A stretch of 24,463 bases of DNA from a virus (IMGVR_UViG_3300020042_006612:1-24463); one strand, 5' to 3'; positions 1 through 7,362 are shown, counted from the stretch's first letter. The notes: generated by a model not told the origin, from the letters alone. Translations and numbers: made by a program.

Positions 1-84
1 TATTTCAATCTCGGCTTTGTACTTATCAATCAAAGCTTGGAATTCTTTTCTAAATTCAGCTTCAATTTCCGCGCTCGTTTTCAT
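1..84 (-). CDS. Hypothetical protein, N-terminal part (runs off the window)
   Basis: Hand translation gives MKTSAEIEAEFRKEFQALIDKYKAEIEI. An AGGAG RBS lies upstream on the minus strand, and the ORF follows ssb in the same direction. Confidence 0.7.
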   Translation of the reverse strand, partial: MKTSAEIEAEFRKEFQALIDKYKAEIEI

Positions 85-109
85 ATCAATCTCCTGGTTT
101 ATGTATTTG

Positions 110-532
110 TCAAAAAGGAATCGAGTTTTCAAGGTCAAAGTCATCAGCAGATTGATTGTGTGCCGGTGCAACTGCTTTCTGATAAGCCTGCTGAGCTGCA
201 TCTGGTGCGCGTTGGACTGGCGCCAAGGCAAATTCAAGATAAGTATCATTCAAAACGATAGTTAAAATAACCCCATTCTGTCCGGTAAATTGTTTTATCT
301 TTTGGGTTTTCCCGCTAACTGTCACCACAGCACCTTCAACAAACATAGATGCGTAATAATCTATTTGAGCCTGTGCCTTTGCAAAAATAACAGCTTCGTA
401 ATTTGTCCATTCATCTTTTTTGGTTTCTCGATCGTAATACTTAACACCTCCGCGAATGCCAAAGCCAGTAGAATCACCGGCTTGGAATTGGTGGGCGGGT
501 TTTTGTAGTTTAAATGTGATTGTGTGACTCAT
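110..532 (-). CDS. ssb: Single-stranded DNA-binding protein
   Basis: 140 aa with an OB-fold-sized N-terminus (EWTNY, GAVVTVSG) and an acidic tail ending DDFDLENSIPF. It sits next to the recombination genes. Confidence 0.9.
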   Translation of the reverse strand: MSHTITFKLQKPAHQFQAGDSTGFGIRGGVKYYDRETKKDEWTNYEAVIFAKAQAQIDYYASMFVEGAVVTVSGKTQKIKQFTGQNGVILTIVLNDTYLEFALAPVQRAPDAAQQAYQKAVAPAHNQSADDFDLENSIPF

Positions 533-549
533 AGTATTTCCTAGGTTGG

Positions 550-1152
550 TTATTTAAATCTTAATTCAAGCGCGTCAAGTTCATCCAAAAATTTAACTAT
601 CTCGGCTTCCATTTCCGCTATCTTTTCATCATCACGCCAAACACGAACAGAATCAAACTGAAGTCTTTCTGGCAGTCTGTCATCGAATGAAACGAAGTCA
701 CACCACTTTCGACCAGTGCAAGCCATTTGCGCCTGCATTTGCCAAATGTATTTGCCGTCAGGTTTTTTGGTTGTGATGAAGTCGATATGCTGAGCCGTGT
801 TCGGGCATTTAATCTCTATCAACCCATCATTACCAACAAAGCCGTCAGGGGATGCGCCAAAGGCTTTTATCACCGGATGAAATACAAAGCTTGATTCTTC
901 AACCATGACATTATTTGCAGCCTCGTAAAACGATCTGGCAATAGGCTCAAGTTCGGTTCCGCGCTGCATTGCTAAAGAGTTAAATGATTCCTCACGCTTG
1001 CCTGTTAAGCGCTGGCAAAGCAGCTCCATCATGTAGTTTTTGCGGCTGGCAGCTTCACCAGATTTTGTTTTTGCCATTAGCTCGGCAACTCGAGAGCCCG
1101 TTACTTTTCCGAGTCGCATTAAGTGCCATTCGTTTGTGCCTTGTTCTATCAT
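550..1152 (-). CDS. YqaJ / lambda-exonuclease family recombination nuclease
   Basis: Motifs QGTNEWHLMRLGKVTGS, GTELEPIAR, ASPDG, LIEIKCP and QMQAQM..W.DFVSF. Confidence 0.95.
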   Translation of the reverse strand: MIEQGTNEWHLMRLGKVTGSRVAELMAKTKSGEAASRKNYMMELLCQRLTGKREESFNSLAMQRGTELEPIARSFYEAANNVMVEESSFVFHPVIKAFGASPDGFVGNDGLIEIKCPNTAQHIDFITTKKPDGKYIWQMQAQMACTGRKWCDFVSFDDRLPERLQFDSVRVWRDDEKIAEMEAEIVKFLDELDALELRFK

Positions 1153-1769
1153 GATTGCTCACCTAATTTCTTTTTCATTCTGTCTTTTTCGGCAGTGATA
1201 AAAGCAACTGCTTTTTTGTCTGCTTTGTATTTTGCAAACAATGTTCTGAATGATGCTGCAAGTTCGTCCATTGTTTTGCTGGAGCTTATAGCCAAAATTT
1301 CTTCAGCTAAATATGCGTCTGGGTCATCTTCATGAGTGCGGCTTTCTTCATCGTCGCCAGTCTCAAGGCAGAACGCTTTTAGTAATGCCGACTTGGTGGC
1401 GTAGGTGATGGCCTTGCCTGGTGCTTTATCGCCATTGTCTGCCGCGTGTGCCTGAATCGGGATGACAATTCTATCCTCTGGGTTGTCGATATTGACCAGA
1501 TTTATATTGTAGTTTCCTTCGTACAAGTGCATTGCAATATCGTTTGCTTTGTCTCGCTTAATGAGAATTTGTCCTGAAACCTGCTCAGGATATGAGACTA
1601 TCCCATGCTCAACCAACTTATCGCGTATAACAGCAATCAAGGCGTCATGACTAACTGCAGAATAGTTCTGTCCGCCGCCGGTGATCTTTTTGTCTTTTTG
1701 GATATACTTAACCGCTTGCTGAACTTTGTTCACTCGCTGATAAATGTTTGGTTTTATTTCTTCACTCAT
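1149..1769 (-). CDS. erf: ERF-family ssDNA annealing protein (recombinase)
   Basis: DKAPGKAITYATKSALLKAFCLETGDDEE matches the ERF signature. It has a 4-nt overlap with the exonuclease. Confidence 0.85.
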   Translation of the reverse strand: MSEEIKPNIYQRVNKVQQAVKYIQKDKKITGGGQNYSAVSHDALIAVIRDKLVEHGIVSYPEQVSGQILIKRDKANDIAMHLYEGNYNINLVNIDNPEDRIVIPIQAHAADNGDKAPGKAITYATKSALLKAFCLETGDDEESRTHEDDPDAYLAEEILAISSSKTMDELAASFRTLFAKYKADKKAVAFITAEKDRMKKKLGEQS

Positions 1770-1798
1770 ATAATTACCTGACTATTGATTGTTAAAGT

Positions 1799-2005
1799 TT
1801 ATTGTGAAGTCACAAGAAGACAATGAATTGGCACGAACTCAAGCTCCCTGTGTTCTGTCACCACAACCGCATAAGCTCGACCATCCGCAGCCTGACAATA
1901 TCCATCAATATATCCAAATCGCCATTTGTTAAGCGCCAATGGTTGATATATCGTAATATCGCTCTTTAGTTCTACTGCTGTTTTGCCTTCAATAATTACA
2001 TTCAT
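1799..2005 (-). CDS. Hypothetical protein (68 aa)
   Basis: ORF in the tightly packed leftward operon. Confidence 0.65.
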   Translation of the reverse strand: MNVIIEGKTAVELKSDITIYQPLALNKWRFGYIDGYCQAADGRAYAVVVTEHRELEFVPIHCLLVTSQ

Positions 2006-2255
2006 TTGTAATTCCAGTTGAATTTATACTTGCTAAATACTTTGGGTGAGCCCCAAAAGCTGCTTTAATCATCTGTGCCATAGTTTGATCTGAAACATCC
2101 AGGATCTCGCCAATGGATTTTACTATTGCTCTCGGAAACAATCGCTTCTGATAAGCAACTGCAACTAGCTCGGTCTTTGCAGGCGTGGGAAATGTACTGA
2201 CAGTATCAATGCCGCCAGCGCCGCGTTGTGAAACTTGTATTGAATATGTGGGCAT
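1989..2255 (-). CDS. Hypothetical protein (88 aa)
   Basis: ORF packed against its neighbours in the leftward operon. Confidence 0.7.
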   Translation of the reverse strand: MPTYSIQVSQRGAGGIDTVSTFPTPAKTELVAVAYQKRLFPRAIVKSIGEILDVSDQTMAQMIKAAFGAHPKYLASINSTGITNECNY

Positions 2256-2256
2256 G

Positions 2257-2445
2257 TTAATTCTCTAAAGTTGATTTTGTTTCTTTCATGTACTCTGATT
2301 TGATACATAGCTTGCAGTCAACGTAAGCCTTATGCGGCGTAACACAATCTCTGACATATCCGCACGCAGTTTGGTGACTATATTCATAGTTGGTCTGCCC
2401 TTGCGATCTTGCATCGACACCTTTTATCCTGAGATGCATTTTCAT
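2257..2445 (-). CDS. Hypothetical protein, possible Zn-binding (62 aa)
   Basis: HQTACG...VDCKLC Cys/His pattern; 1-nt gaps to both neighbouring genes. Confidence 0.65.
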   Translation of the reverse strand: MKMHLRIKGVDARSQGQTNYEYSHQTACGYVRDCVTPHKAYVDCKLCIKSEYMKETKSTLEN

Positions 2446-2446
2446 A

Positions 2447-2707
2447 TCAATTCTCCGGTGTTAAAAGATCAGGATGTACATTGTTTTCGTGAGCGTAGTA
2501 AACGACCATGGAAATAATCCCCATTAGCGCTTGCACCGGAGATAGCCCAGATGAATCTAGACTTATCTCTTCAATATGAGACTTGTGCTCAATACTTATC
2601 TTATCCGATGCGTGAAACTTGCCAGTTTTTGGGTCTCTGGTTATGTTCATTATTTCCCCTTGCGGCACTGTAAAAACCCGCAATAATTTTTGCATTTCAT
2701 AAATCAC
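2447..2707 (-). CDS. Hypothetical protein (86 aa), first gene of the leftward arm
   Basis: ORF adjacent to the divergent promoter, with an AGGTG RBS-like sequence at its 5' end. The true start may be the ATG a few codons in. Confidence 0.6.
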   Translation of the reverse strand: MIYEMQKLLRVFTVPQGEIMNITRDPKTGKFHASDKISIEHKSHIEEISLDSSGLSPVQALMGIISMVVYYAHENNVHPDLLTPEN

Positions 2708-2724
2708 CTGCGTTTTGTTTGTGT

Positions 2725-2821
2725 ACTGTCAATATATATCATTATAAAATAATGTAAACACAAATAGCGCAAAGATATGTAAATGCGTTGACATTAACTT
2801 ATAATTCTTTATAGTGTCAAT
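2725..2821. promoter_or_regulatory. Divergent sigma70-like promoter pair
   Basis: Plus strand: TTGACA(2788-2793)-16-TATAGT(2810-2815). Minus strand: TTTACA(2758-2753)-16-TATATT. The region is an AT-rich gap between divergent operons. Confidence 0.7.
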
Positions 2822-2848
2822 AACGGTAAATAGTCAATAGGTGATGTT

Positions 2849-3013
2849 ATGATAGTAAAAGAACTAATAGAAAAGTTGAATCAAGTGCCAGAAGATTCGA
2901 CTGTAAAAACTTGGGATGGATATTCTGACAATGAGACAGAAAATGTTGTGGTTAGTATAACAAATGATGGCGATGTATTTATAATGAATGTAGCTATAGG
3001 CGAACAGATATGA
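2849..3013 (+). CDS. Hypothetical protein (54 aa, not in the ORF track)
   Basis: MIVKELIEKLNQVPEDSTVKTWDGYSD..., with an AGGTGA RBS and an ATGA overlap with the next gene. Confidence 0.75.
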   Translation: MIVKELIEKLNQVPEDSTVKTWDGYSDNETENVVVSITNDGDVFIMNVAIGEQI

Positions 3014-3201
3014 CCAAAACCCAACTAATAAACCTAACCCGCCGAACGATTAAAAAGTTTGACTCTCAAGCCGCATTTGCACGAGAGATAGATATAGGCT
3101 GCGACGAGCTAAGCAACTTTCTGAGTGGGCATCGGAACCCACCAGCAAGACTATTGGCCTATATCGGCTACAAACCAAAAACGATTTACGAGAGGATTTG
3201 A
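3010..3201 (+). CDS. Cro/XRE-like helix-turn-helix regulator
   Basis: 63 aa with SQAAFAREIDIGCDELSNFLSGHRNP as the HTH pattern. Confidence 0.8.
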   Translation: MTKTQLINLTRRTIKKFDSQAAFAREIDIGCDELSNFLSGHRNPPARLLAYIGYKPKTIYERI

Positions 3202-3238
3202 GAATGAACGTTGCTCCTTCCTGCGATCTGGTGCCATC

Positions 3239-4000
3239 ATGAAAATGAAGCACTTAGATTTATTCAGTGGCATAGGCGGGTTTGCTTTAGCAGCAAGGTG
3301 GGTAAATATAGACACGATTGCGTTCTGTGAGATAGATCCATTTTGCCAGAAAGTATTGGCTAAAAACTTCCCAAACGTACTTATTCATAGCGACATTAAA
3401 ACTTTAAATGGTGAAGACTTTGCAGGAATTGATATTATTACAGGCGGATACCCGTGCCAGCCTTTTAGCGTTGCCGGAAGCCAAAAAGCGCAAGATGATT
3501 CACGCCACCTCTGGCCGGAAATGCGCAGAATTATTGCACAAGCAAAACCCACTTGGGCAATTTGCGAAAACGTTTATGGTCACATCGCATTGGGATTGGA
3601 CTGTGTGTTGCACGACATGGAAGCCATTGGCTACTCCTGCCAACCGTTTGTTATTCCAGCTCTCAGCACAGGTGCGGACCATAACAGGGAGCGAGTTTTT
3701 ATTGTGGCCAACTCCACAAGCAATGGATGCCATGAAAGCACGCCCACCGGAAGCAATGGCAAGACAAATGAATACGGCACGCAAGGGGCGCAAGAAAATA
3801 GCCACAATGAAGGACGCGGCCGTATACGGTTTGGAGTGGACTGGGAAGGCAATTCGATTGGGCGATGGGGAATTAAGCCCCCTGCGCTTAGAGTGGATGA
3901 TGAATTACCCAATAGGATGGACCGAAATAAGTCGTTAGGCAATGCGATTGACCCAATGGTGGCATATGAGATTTTCAGGGCAATCATAACAACAGTCTAA
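3239..4000 (+). CDS. DNA cytosine-C5 methyltransferase, catalytic (alpha) polypeptide
   Basis: Motif I DLFSGIGGF, IV GYPCQPFS, VI ENV, VIII HNRERVF and X LGNAI are present; motif IX is not seen in this frame. The start is more likely ATG 3239 or 3245 than GTG 3125. Confidence 0.93.
   Translation: MKMKHLDLFSGIGGFALAARWVNIDTIAFCEIDPFCQKVLAKNFPNVLIHSDIKTLNGEDFAGIDIITGGYPCQPFSVAGSQKAQDDSRHLWPEMRRIIAQAKPTWAICENVYGHIALGLDCVLHDMEAIGYSCQPFVIPALSTGADHNRERVFIVANSTSNGCHESTPTGSNGKTNEYGTQGAQENSHNEGRGRIRFGVDWEGNSIGRWGIKPPALRVDDELPNRMDRNKSLGNAIDPMVAYEIFRAIITTV
3408..3938 (+). CDS. Nested +1-frame methyltransferase beta polypeptide (target-recognition region and motif IX)
   Basis: 176-aa ORF lying wholly inside the MTase gene. 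It contains LWPTPQAMD and LSPLRLEWMMNYPIGWT (motif IX-like). The exact start is uncertain. Confidence 0.8.
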   Translation: MVKTLQELILLQADTRASLLALPEAKKRKMIHATSGRKCAELLHKQNPLGQFAKTFMVTSHWDWTVCCTTWKPLATPANRLLFQLSAQVRTITGSEFLLWPTPQAMDAMKARPPEAMARQMNTARKGRKKIATMKDAAVYGLEWTGKAIRLGDGELSPLRLEWMMNYPIGWTEISR

Positions 4001-4006
4001 TATTTC

Positions 4007-4035
4007 TTGACACCAATCCCAGTCAATACTAATAT
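4007..4035 (+). promoter_or_regulatory. Sigma70-like promoter
   Basis: TTGACA(4007-4012)-17-TAATAT(4030-4035). The predicted start near 4041 coincides with the first stem of the structured region. Confidence 0.7.
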
Positions 4036-4039
4036 TTAA

Positions 4040-4485
4040 TTATCTGCGGGGGTAAAACCTTGTGCCTCCTCCTTCCCTTTTTGGAGGAGGCCGCAGTCCG
4101 AAAGGGCAAGAGATAAAAAGGGCGGACTAGCGAGGGTACAAAAGGGTAAATCAAGGCATTCCTGCCAAAATTTCCCTGCTTTTTTATTTTGATAGCCCTA
4201 GTTTCGTCGTTTTTTACTTGCTGGAAGATATGTCCACTTGATCACTCACCGCCCAGCATTTTACGCCGAAGAAGAGGACTGCAAGCGGCAAACTGAGTTC
4301 GAGAGCCAGAACAGTGCAGCACTGATCAACATCGGGAAAGCTGGCAAGGTTGGTTAATGTTGAATATGCCAATCCACCATGATGACGGACGGCTCCGAGA
4401 GAGTTGGCGTCGGTGAAAGATCCTTGCTCATTAAATTGGGTTAGGGTTCTTTCACCGTTAATTCAGGACTCACCAAAAGAGTTAG
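4040..4485 (+). ncRNA. Putative large structured RNA or replication-origin element upstream of the helicase
   Basis: About 450 nt with no convincing ORF. Stems include 4064-4072/4083-4091, a GAAA tetraloop hairpin at 4096-4107, a long hairpin at about 4115-4215, and 4411-4420/4448-4457. Confidence 0.55.
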
Positions 4486-4494
4486 GGGGAAGCA

Positions 4495-5982
4495 GTGGAA
4501 CTAAGACAGCATCAAATCGAAGCAGTAGAGCAGATCCGACAAGCCATGCGGGAGGGCCACAAGCGAATCATGCTAGGCGCAAACGTATCATTCGGAAAAA
4601 CCATTGTGGCGGCTCACATGATGATGGAAGCACATGCCAAGGGAAAGCGAGGCGTTTTCATCTGCGACAGGATTCAGCTTGTAGAGCAAACGATTGATAA
4701 ATTTGAACAGGTTGGATTGAATTGTGGGGTTATTCAAGGTATCCACGAAAAGACTAATCCATCGGAACCGATTCAAATAGCAAGCATTCAAACATTGGCG
4801 CGCAGAAAGATGATGCTTGATTTTGACTTTGCGATAGTTGACGAAGCGCATACGCACTATGAAAGCCTAACCAAAATGATGGAGGCATTTAACAATGTGC
4901 CATTCATTGGATTGAGCGCTACACCATATTCAAAAGGACTTGGAAAACATTACTCAAAATTAATAGTTCCGATAACAACCAGGGAGCTTTTGGAAAAAGG
5001 GTATCTTTGCCCTGTTAAATATTACGCTGGCGAACAGCCGGACCTTGAGACAATAAAAATAAAAAGAGACTCACAGGGGATAGCTGATTACGATCCAGAC
5101 CAATTGTCACTTGCAATGCAAAAACCAAAGTTAATTGGTGATGCAGTTGAGACATGGAAAAAGCTTGGCGAAGACTCACAAACAATAGCATTCTGCCCGT
5201 CAATTGCACACTCCAGAGGTTTGGCTCAAGCATTCTGTGATGCTGGCGTAAAGGCAATGCACGTTGATGCATACACCGATTCCGAAATACGCAAAGATTT
5301 ATACAGACGACATAATGAAGGTGAATTCAAAATATTATCCTGTTCATCACTGTTAAATACTGGCTACGACTCGCCAAGCACCAGATGCATAATTGATTGC
5401 TACCCCACAAAATCTATCATCAGGTATGTCCAGAGGGTTGGTAGGATCATGAGAATATTTGAAGGAAAAACTCATGCAATTTATTTGGATCACAGCTCAA
5501 ATGTGTGTAGACATGGATTTGCTGAAGATATAGTACCCGAGAGCCTTCATGATGGAATTAAAGAATATTCCGAGCAGTCATTAACCAAAGAAAACAAAGC
5601 GAAAGAGCCAATAGTTTGCGAGTGCTGCCAATCAATAATGATTGCCGGAAAATGCGGAACTTGCGGACATGAGATAAAGCGCAAAAAATCAAATCTGGAG
5701 CAGGTTAATGGCGAACTAAAAGAGGTTGTTACAGTTAACCAGGACTTCTATTCAGGGCTTCTATTTCACGCTAAAGAGAAAGGCTTTTCATCTGGCTGGG
5801 CAAAGCACAAATACAAAGAGAAGTTCGGATCATGGCCGACAGGAGCAAAAGAAATACCCATAAAATCAGATACGGTTGCTGGATACATTAAGCACTTGAA
5901 TATCAAATACGCTCATTCCAAAAAGAAAAATGAAGCAAAAGGAAAAGAGACGATTGATAAAATTATGGGGATGTTTCAATGA
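4495..5982 (+). CDS. Superfamily 2 (DEAH/ResIII-like) helicase with C-terminal Zn ribbon
   Basis: Q motif LRQHQ, Walker A variant ANVSFGKT, DEAH, SAT, TGYD, QRVGRIMR and CxxC..CxxC. GTG start with an AGGGGG RBS. Confidence 0.93.
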   Translation: MELRQHQIEAVEQIRQAMREGHKRIMLGANVSFGKTIVAAHMMMEAHAKGKRGVFICDRIQLVEQTIDKFEQVGLNCGVIQGIHEKTNPSEPIQIASIQTLARRKMMLDFDFAIVDEAHTHYESLTKMMEAFNNVPFIGLSATPYSKGLGKHYSKLIVPITTRELLEKGYLCPVKYYAGEQPDLETIKIKRDSQGIADYDPDQLSLAMQKPKLIGDAVETWKKLGEDSQTIAFCPSIAHSRGLAQAFCDAGVKAMHVDAYTDSEIRKDLYRRHNEGEFKILSCSSLLNTGYDSPSTRCIIDCYPTKSIIRYVQRVGRIMRIFEGKTHAIYLDHSSNVCRHGFAEDIVPESLHDGIKEYSEQSLTKENKAKEPIVCECCQSIMIAGKCGTCGHEIKRKKSNLEQVNGELKEVVTVNQDFYSGLLFHAKEKGFSSGWAKHKYKEKFGSWPTGAKEIPIKSDTVAGYIKHLNIKYAHSKKKNEAKGKETIDKIMGMFQ

Positions 5983-6233
5983 TTGATTTAGAGCAATTTG
6001 TTGAAGGTTTTGTCGACGGTTTAAAAGACTCCGGACAATGGCTGGAAATGACAAAAGATCAAAAGCTTGAGGCAGGGAAAGAAGCGATACAATCAGGCGG
6101 TGAATTTGCTGCCGCATTCCGCATGATTTCAATGGTTGAGCGACAAACTACTGAGATTGTAAAAGATGCTGGATTTAAATCTTTGCAGGATTTAATTATT
6201 GCAGCTCATTACGGTAAAGTTTTGCAAAGATGA
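5979..6233 (+). CDS. Hypothetical protein (84 aa)
   Basis: ATGA overlap with the helicase stop. Confidence 0.75.
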   Translation: MIDLEQFVEGFVDGLKDSGQWLEMTKDQKLEAGKEAIQSGGEFAAAFRMISMVERQTTEIVKDAGFKSLQDLIIAAHYGKVLQR

Positions 6234-6243
6234 TGGTTTTATC

Positions 6244-6257
6244 GGTTAGCGCTAACC
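6244..6257. repeat. Perfect palindrome GGTTAGCGCTAACC, copy 1
   Basis: 14-bp palindrome identical to the core of 10033-10048. Confidence 0.9.
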
Positions 6258-6342
6258 ATAATTAGCATGTTCCAAGAACCAGAACCATCGCAATTAACAC
6301 AGGCAGAAATCGAAGATAAACAACGAGCGGAGAGACTAAGAC

Positions 6343-6654
6343 ATGGGCATAACTAAACATAAAATTGACGGCTTTGAAATTGAGGTATGGACAACAGATG
6401 TTTGTGATCCGCCATGTGTTGCGGTAAACATAACTGAGGCTCATAAAGCTTTGCATGGCCATGAGTTGACAGCAGAGGAGTTAAATAGCGTTACTGATTT
6501 GATGCTTGGCTACAGTCGTTATCTTGACGAAAGAAATCTAACTGGATATGGATCTACAGAGTTTTTGGCAATTGCTGACTTATTCGCTGGCGGAATTGCT
6601 GAATATCGAGACCTGAAGGAAACATTAAATAAAATGGCAAGGGATGGAATATGA
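6343..6654 (+). CDS. Hypothetical protein (103 aa)
   Basis: ORF with GGAGAG upstream, co-oriented with its neighbours. Confidence 0.7.
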   Translation: MGITKHKIDGFEIEVWTTDVCDPPCVAVNITEAHKALHGHELTAEELNSVTDLMLGYSRYLDERNLTGYGSTEFLAIADLFAGGIAEYRDLKETLNKMARDGI

Positions 6655-6746
6655 TTAACTGGCTACTATCAAAACTAGACAAGCACAAAATAAAGATATA
6701 TCGGGGATATGATTATGATGAATCAAGTCGAAATTGGGCAAATTAG
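6651..6746 (+). CDS. Small hypothetical protein (31 aa)
   Basis: MINWLLSKLDKHKIKIYRGYDYDESSRNWAN; ATGA overlap with the previous gene and fills the gap. Confidence 0.5.
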   Translation: MINWLLSKLDKHKIKIYRGYDYDESSRNWAN

Positions 6747-6748
6747 CT

Positions 6749-6922
6749 ATGAAAGAAACGTATGAAATGCCACACACAGATAAGGGCGCTTATCCTATGC
6801 GAACATGGCGCCATGAGTTTTTGACAGGGTATGTATATTTACCACATAAACCAAGGGTGAAATATACATATGCAAGGCAGGCAGGTACTTACCCGCTGTG
6901 CTTTTGGTTCCACAACACTTAG
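6749..6922 (+). CDS. Hypothetical protein (about 57 aa)
   Basis: In-frame ATG two nt after the previous stop (track ORF 6734..6922). Confidence 0.55.
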   Translation: MKETYEMPHTDKGAYPMRTWRHEFLTGYVYLPHKPRVKYTYARQAGTYPLCFWFHNT

Positions 6923-6949
6923 CCACCACTAACGAAACAGGTAAATAAT

Positions 6950-7156
6950 ATGACAATAGAGCTATTACCACCAACACCTAAATACCCCAATGAGTGGCAC
7001 ATAAGACCAAACTGTTGTGATTGTCACCCTGAGAATTGCTGCTGTAACGACTGGGCTGTACATGATCCAGTCGGTGAAAAAGACATTACTTTTTTCCACA
7101 AAAAAGACGCCCAAGATTGGGTTGAGTTTAAAAATTCTAAACAAACAGGTAAATAA
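6950..7156 (+). CDS. Hypothetical Cys-rich protein (68 aa)
   Basis: CCDCHPENCCCNDW motif; AGGT RBS. Confidence 0.7.
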   Translation: MTIELLPPTPKYPNEWHIRPNCCDCHPENCCCNDWAVHDPVGEKDITFFHKKDAQDWVEFKNSKQTGK

Positions 7157-7158
7157 AC

Positions 7159-7332
7159 ATGAACAACTGCGACGAAAGATATTTAAGCTATAACCCAAAA
7201 GACAAAGTAAGCGGAAACGCTAGGGTTTGCTATAACGAAATGCACAAATGCTGGATGTCACCGGGCAAGATTAAAATCACAGAGCGACAGGCTGAGAGGT
7301 TGCTGGTTAAGATGGCGGAGCTTATGAAATAA
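7159..7332 (+). CDS. Hypothetical protein (57 aa), possibly DUF1317-like; not in the ORF track
   Basis: MNNCDERYLSYNPKDKVSGNARVCYNEMHKCWMSPGKIKITERQAERLL...; AGGT RBS. The G-x(5)-Y-x(6)-W-x-x-PG..A.RL pattern recalls lambdoid DUF1317 (by eye only). Confidence 0.6.
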   Translation: MNNCDERYLSYNPKDKVSGNARVCYNEMHKCWMSPGKIKITERQAERLLVKMAELMK

Positions 7333-7334
7333 CT

Positions 7335-7362
7335 TTGATACACCACTGAAGTTTGGTAGAAT
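7335..7362 (+). promoter_or_regulatory. Possible promoter for the accessory block
   Basis: TTGATA(7335-7340)-16-TAGAAT(7357-7362) with an extended -10 TG. Confidence 0.45.

Noticed and set aside
17-508. Plus-strand ORFs 17..265, 37..261 and 290..508
   Set aside because: They are antisense shadows of ssb and its neighbour, with no motifs or RBS.
3125-3238. GTG-started N-terminal extension of the methyltransferase
   Set aside because: It overlaps the HTH gene, and motif I begins immediately after ATG 3239/3245.
3500-3987. Minus-strand ORFs inside the methyltransferase
   Set aside because: No recognisable motifs; expected by-products of a dual-coding region.
4040-4485. tRNA, hammerhead ribozyme, group I/II intron or iteron array as the identity of the structured region
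   Set aside because: No tRNA cloverleaf with T-arm/CCA, no CUGAUGA hammerhead core, no interrupted gene and no tandem iterons were seen. An Rfam scan is still needed.
4404-4697. 97-aa TTG-started ORF overlapping the helicase start
   Set aside because: Weak start, about 200-nt out-of-frame overlap with the helicase and no motif.
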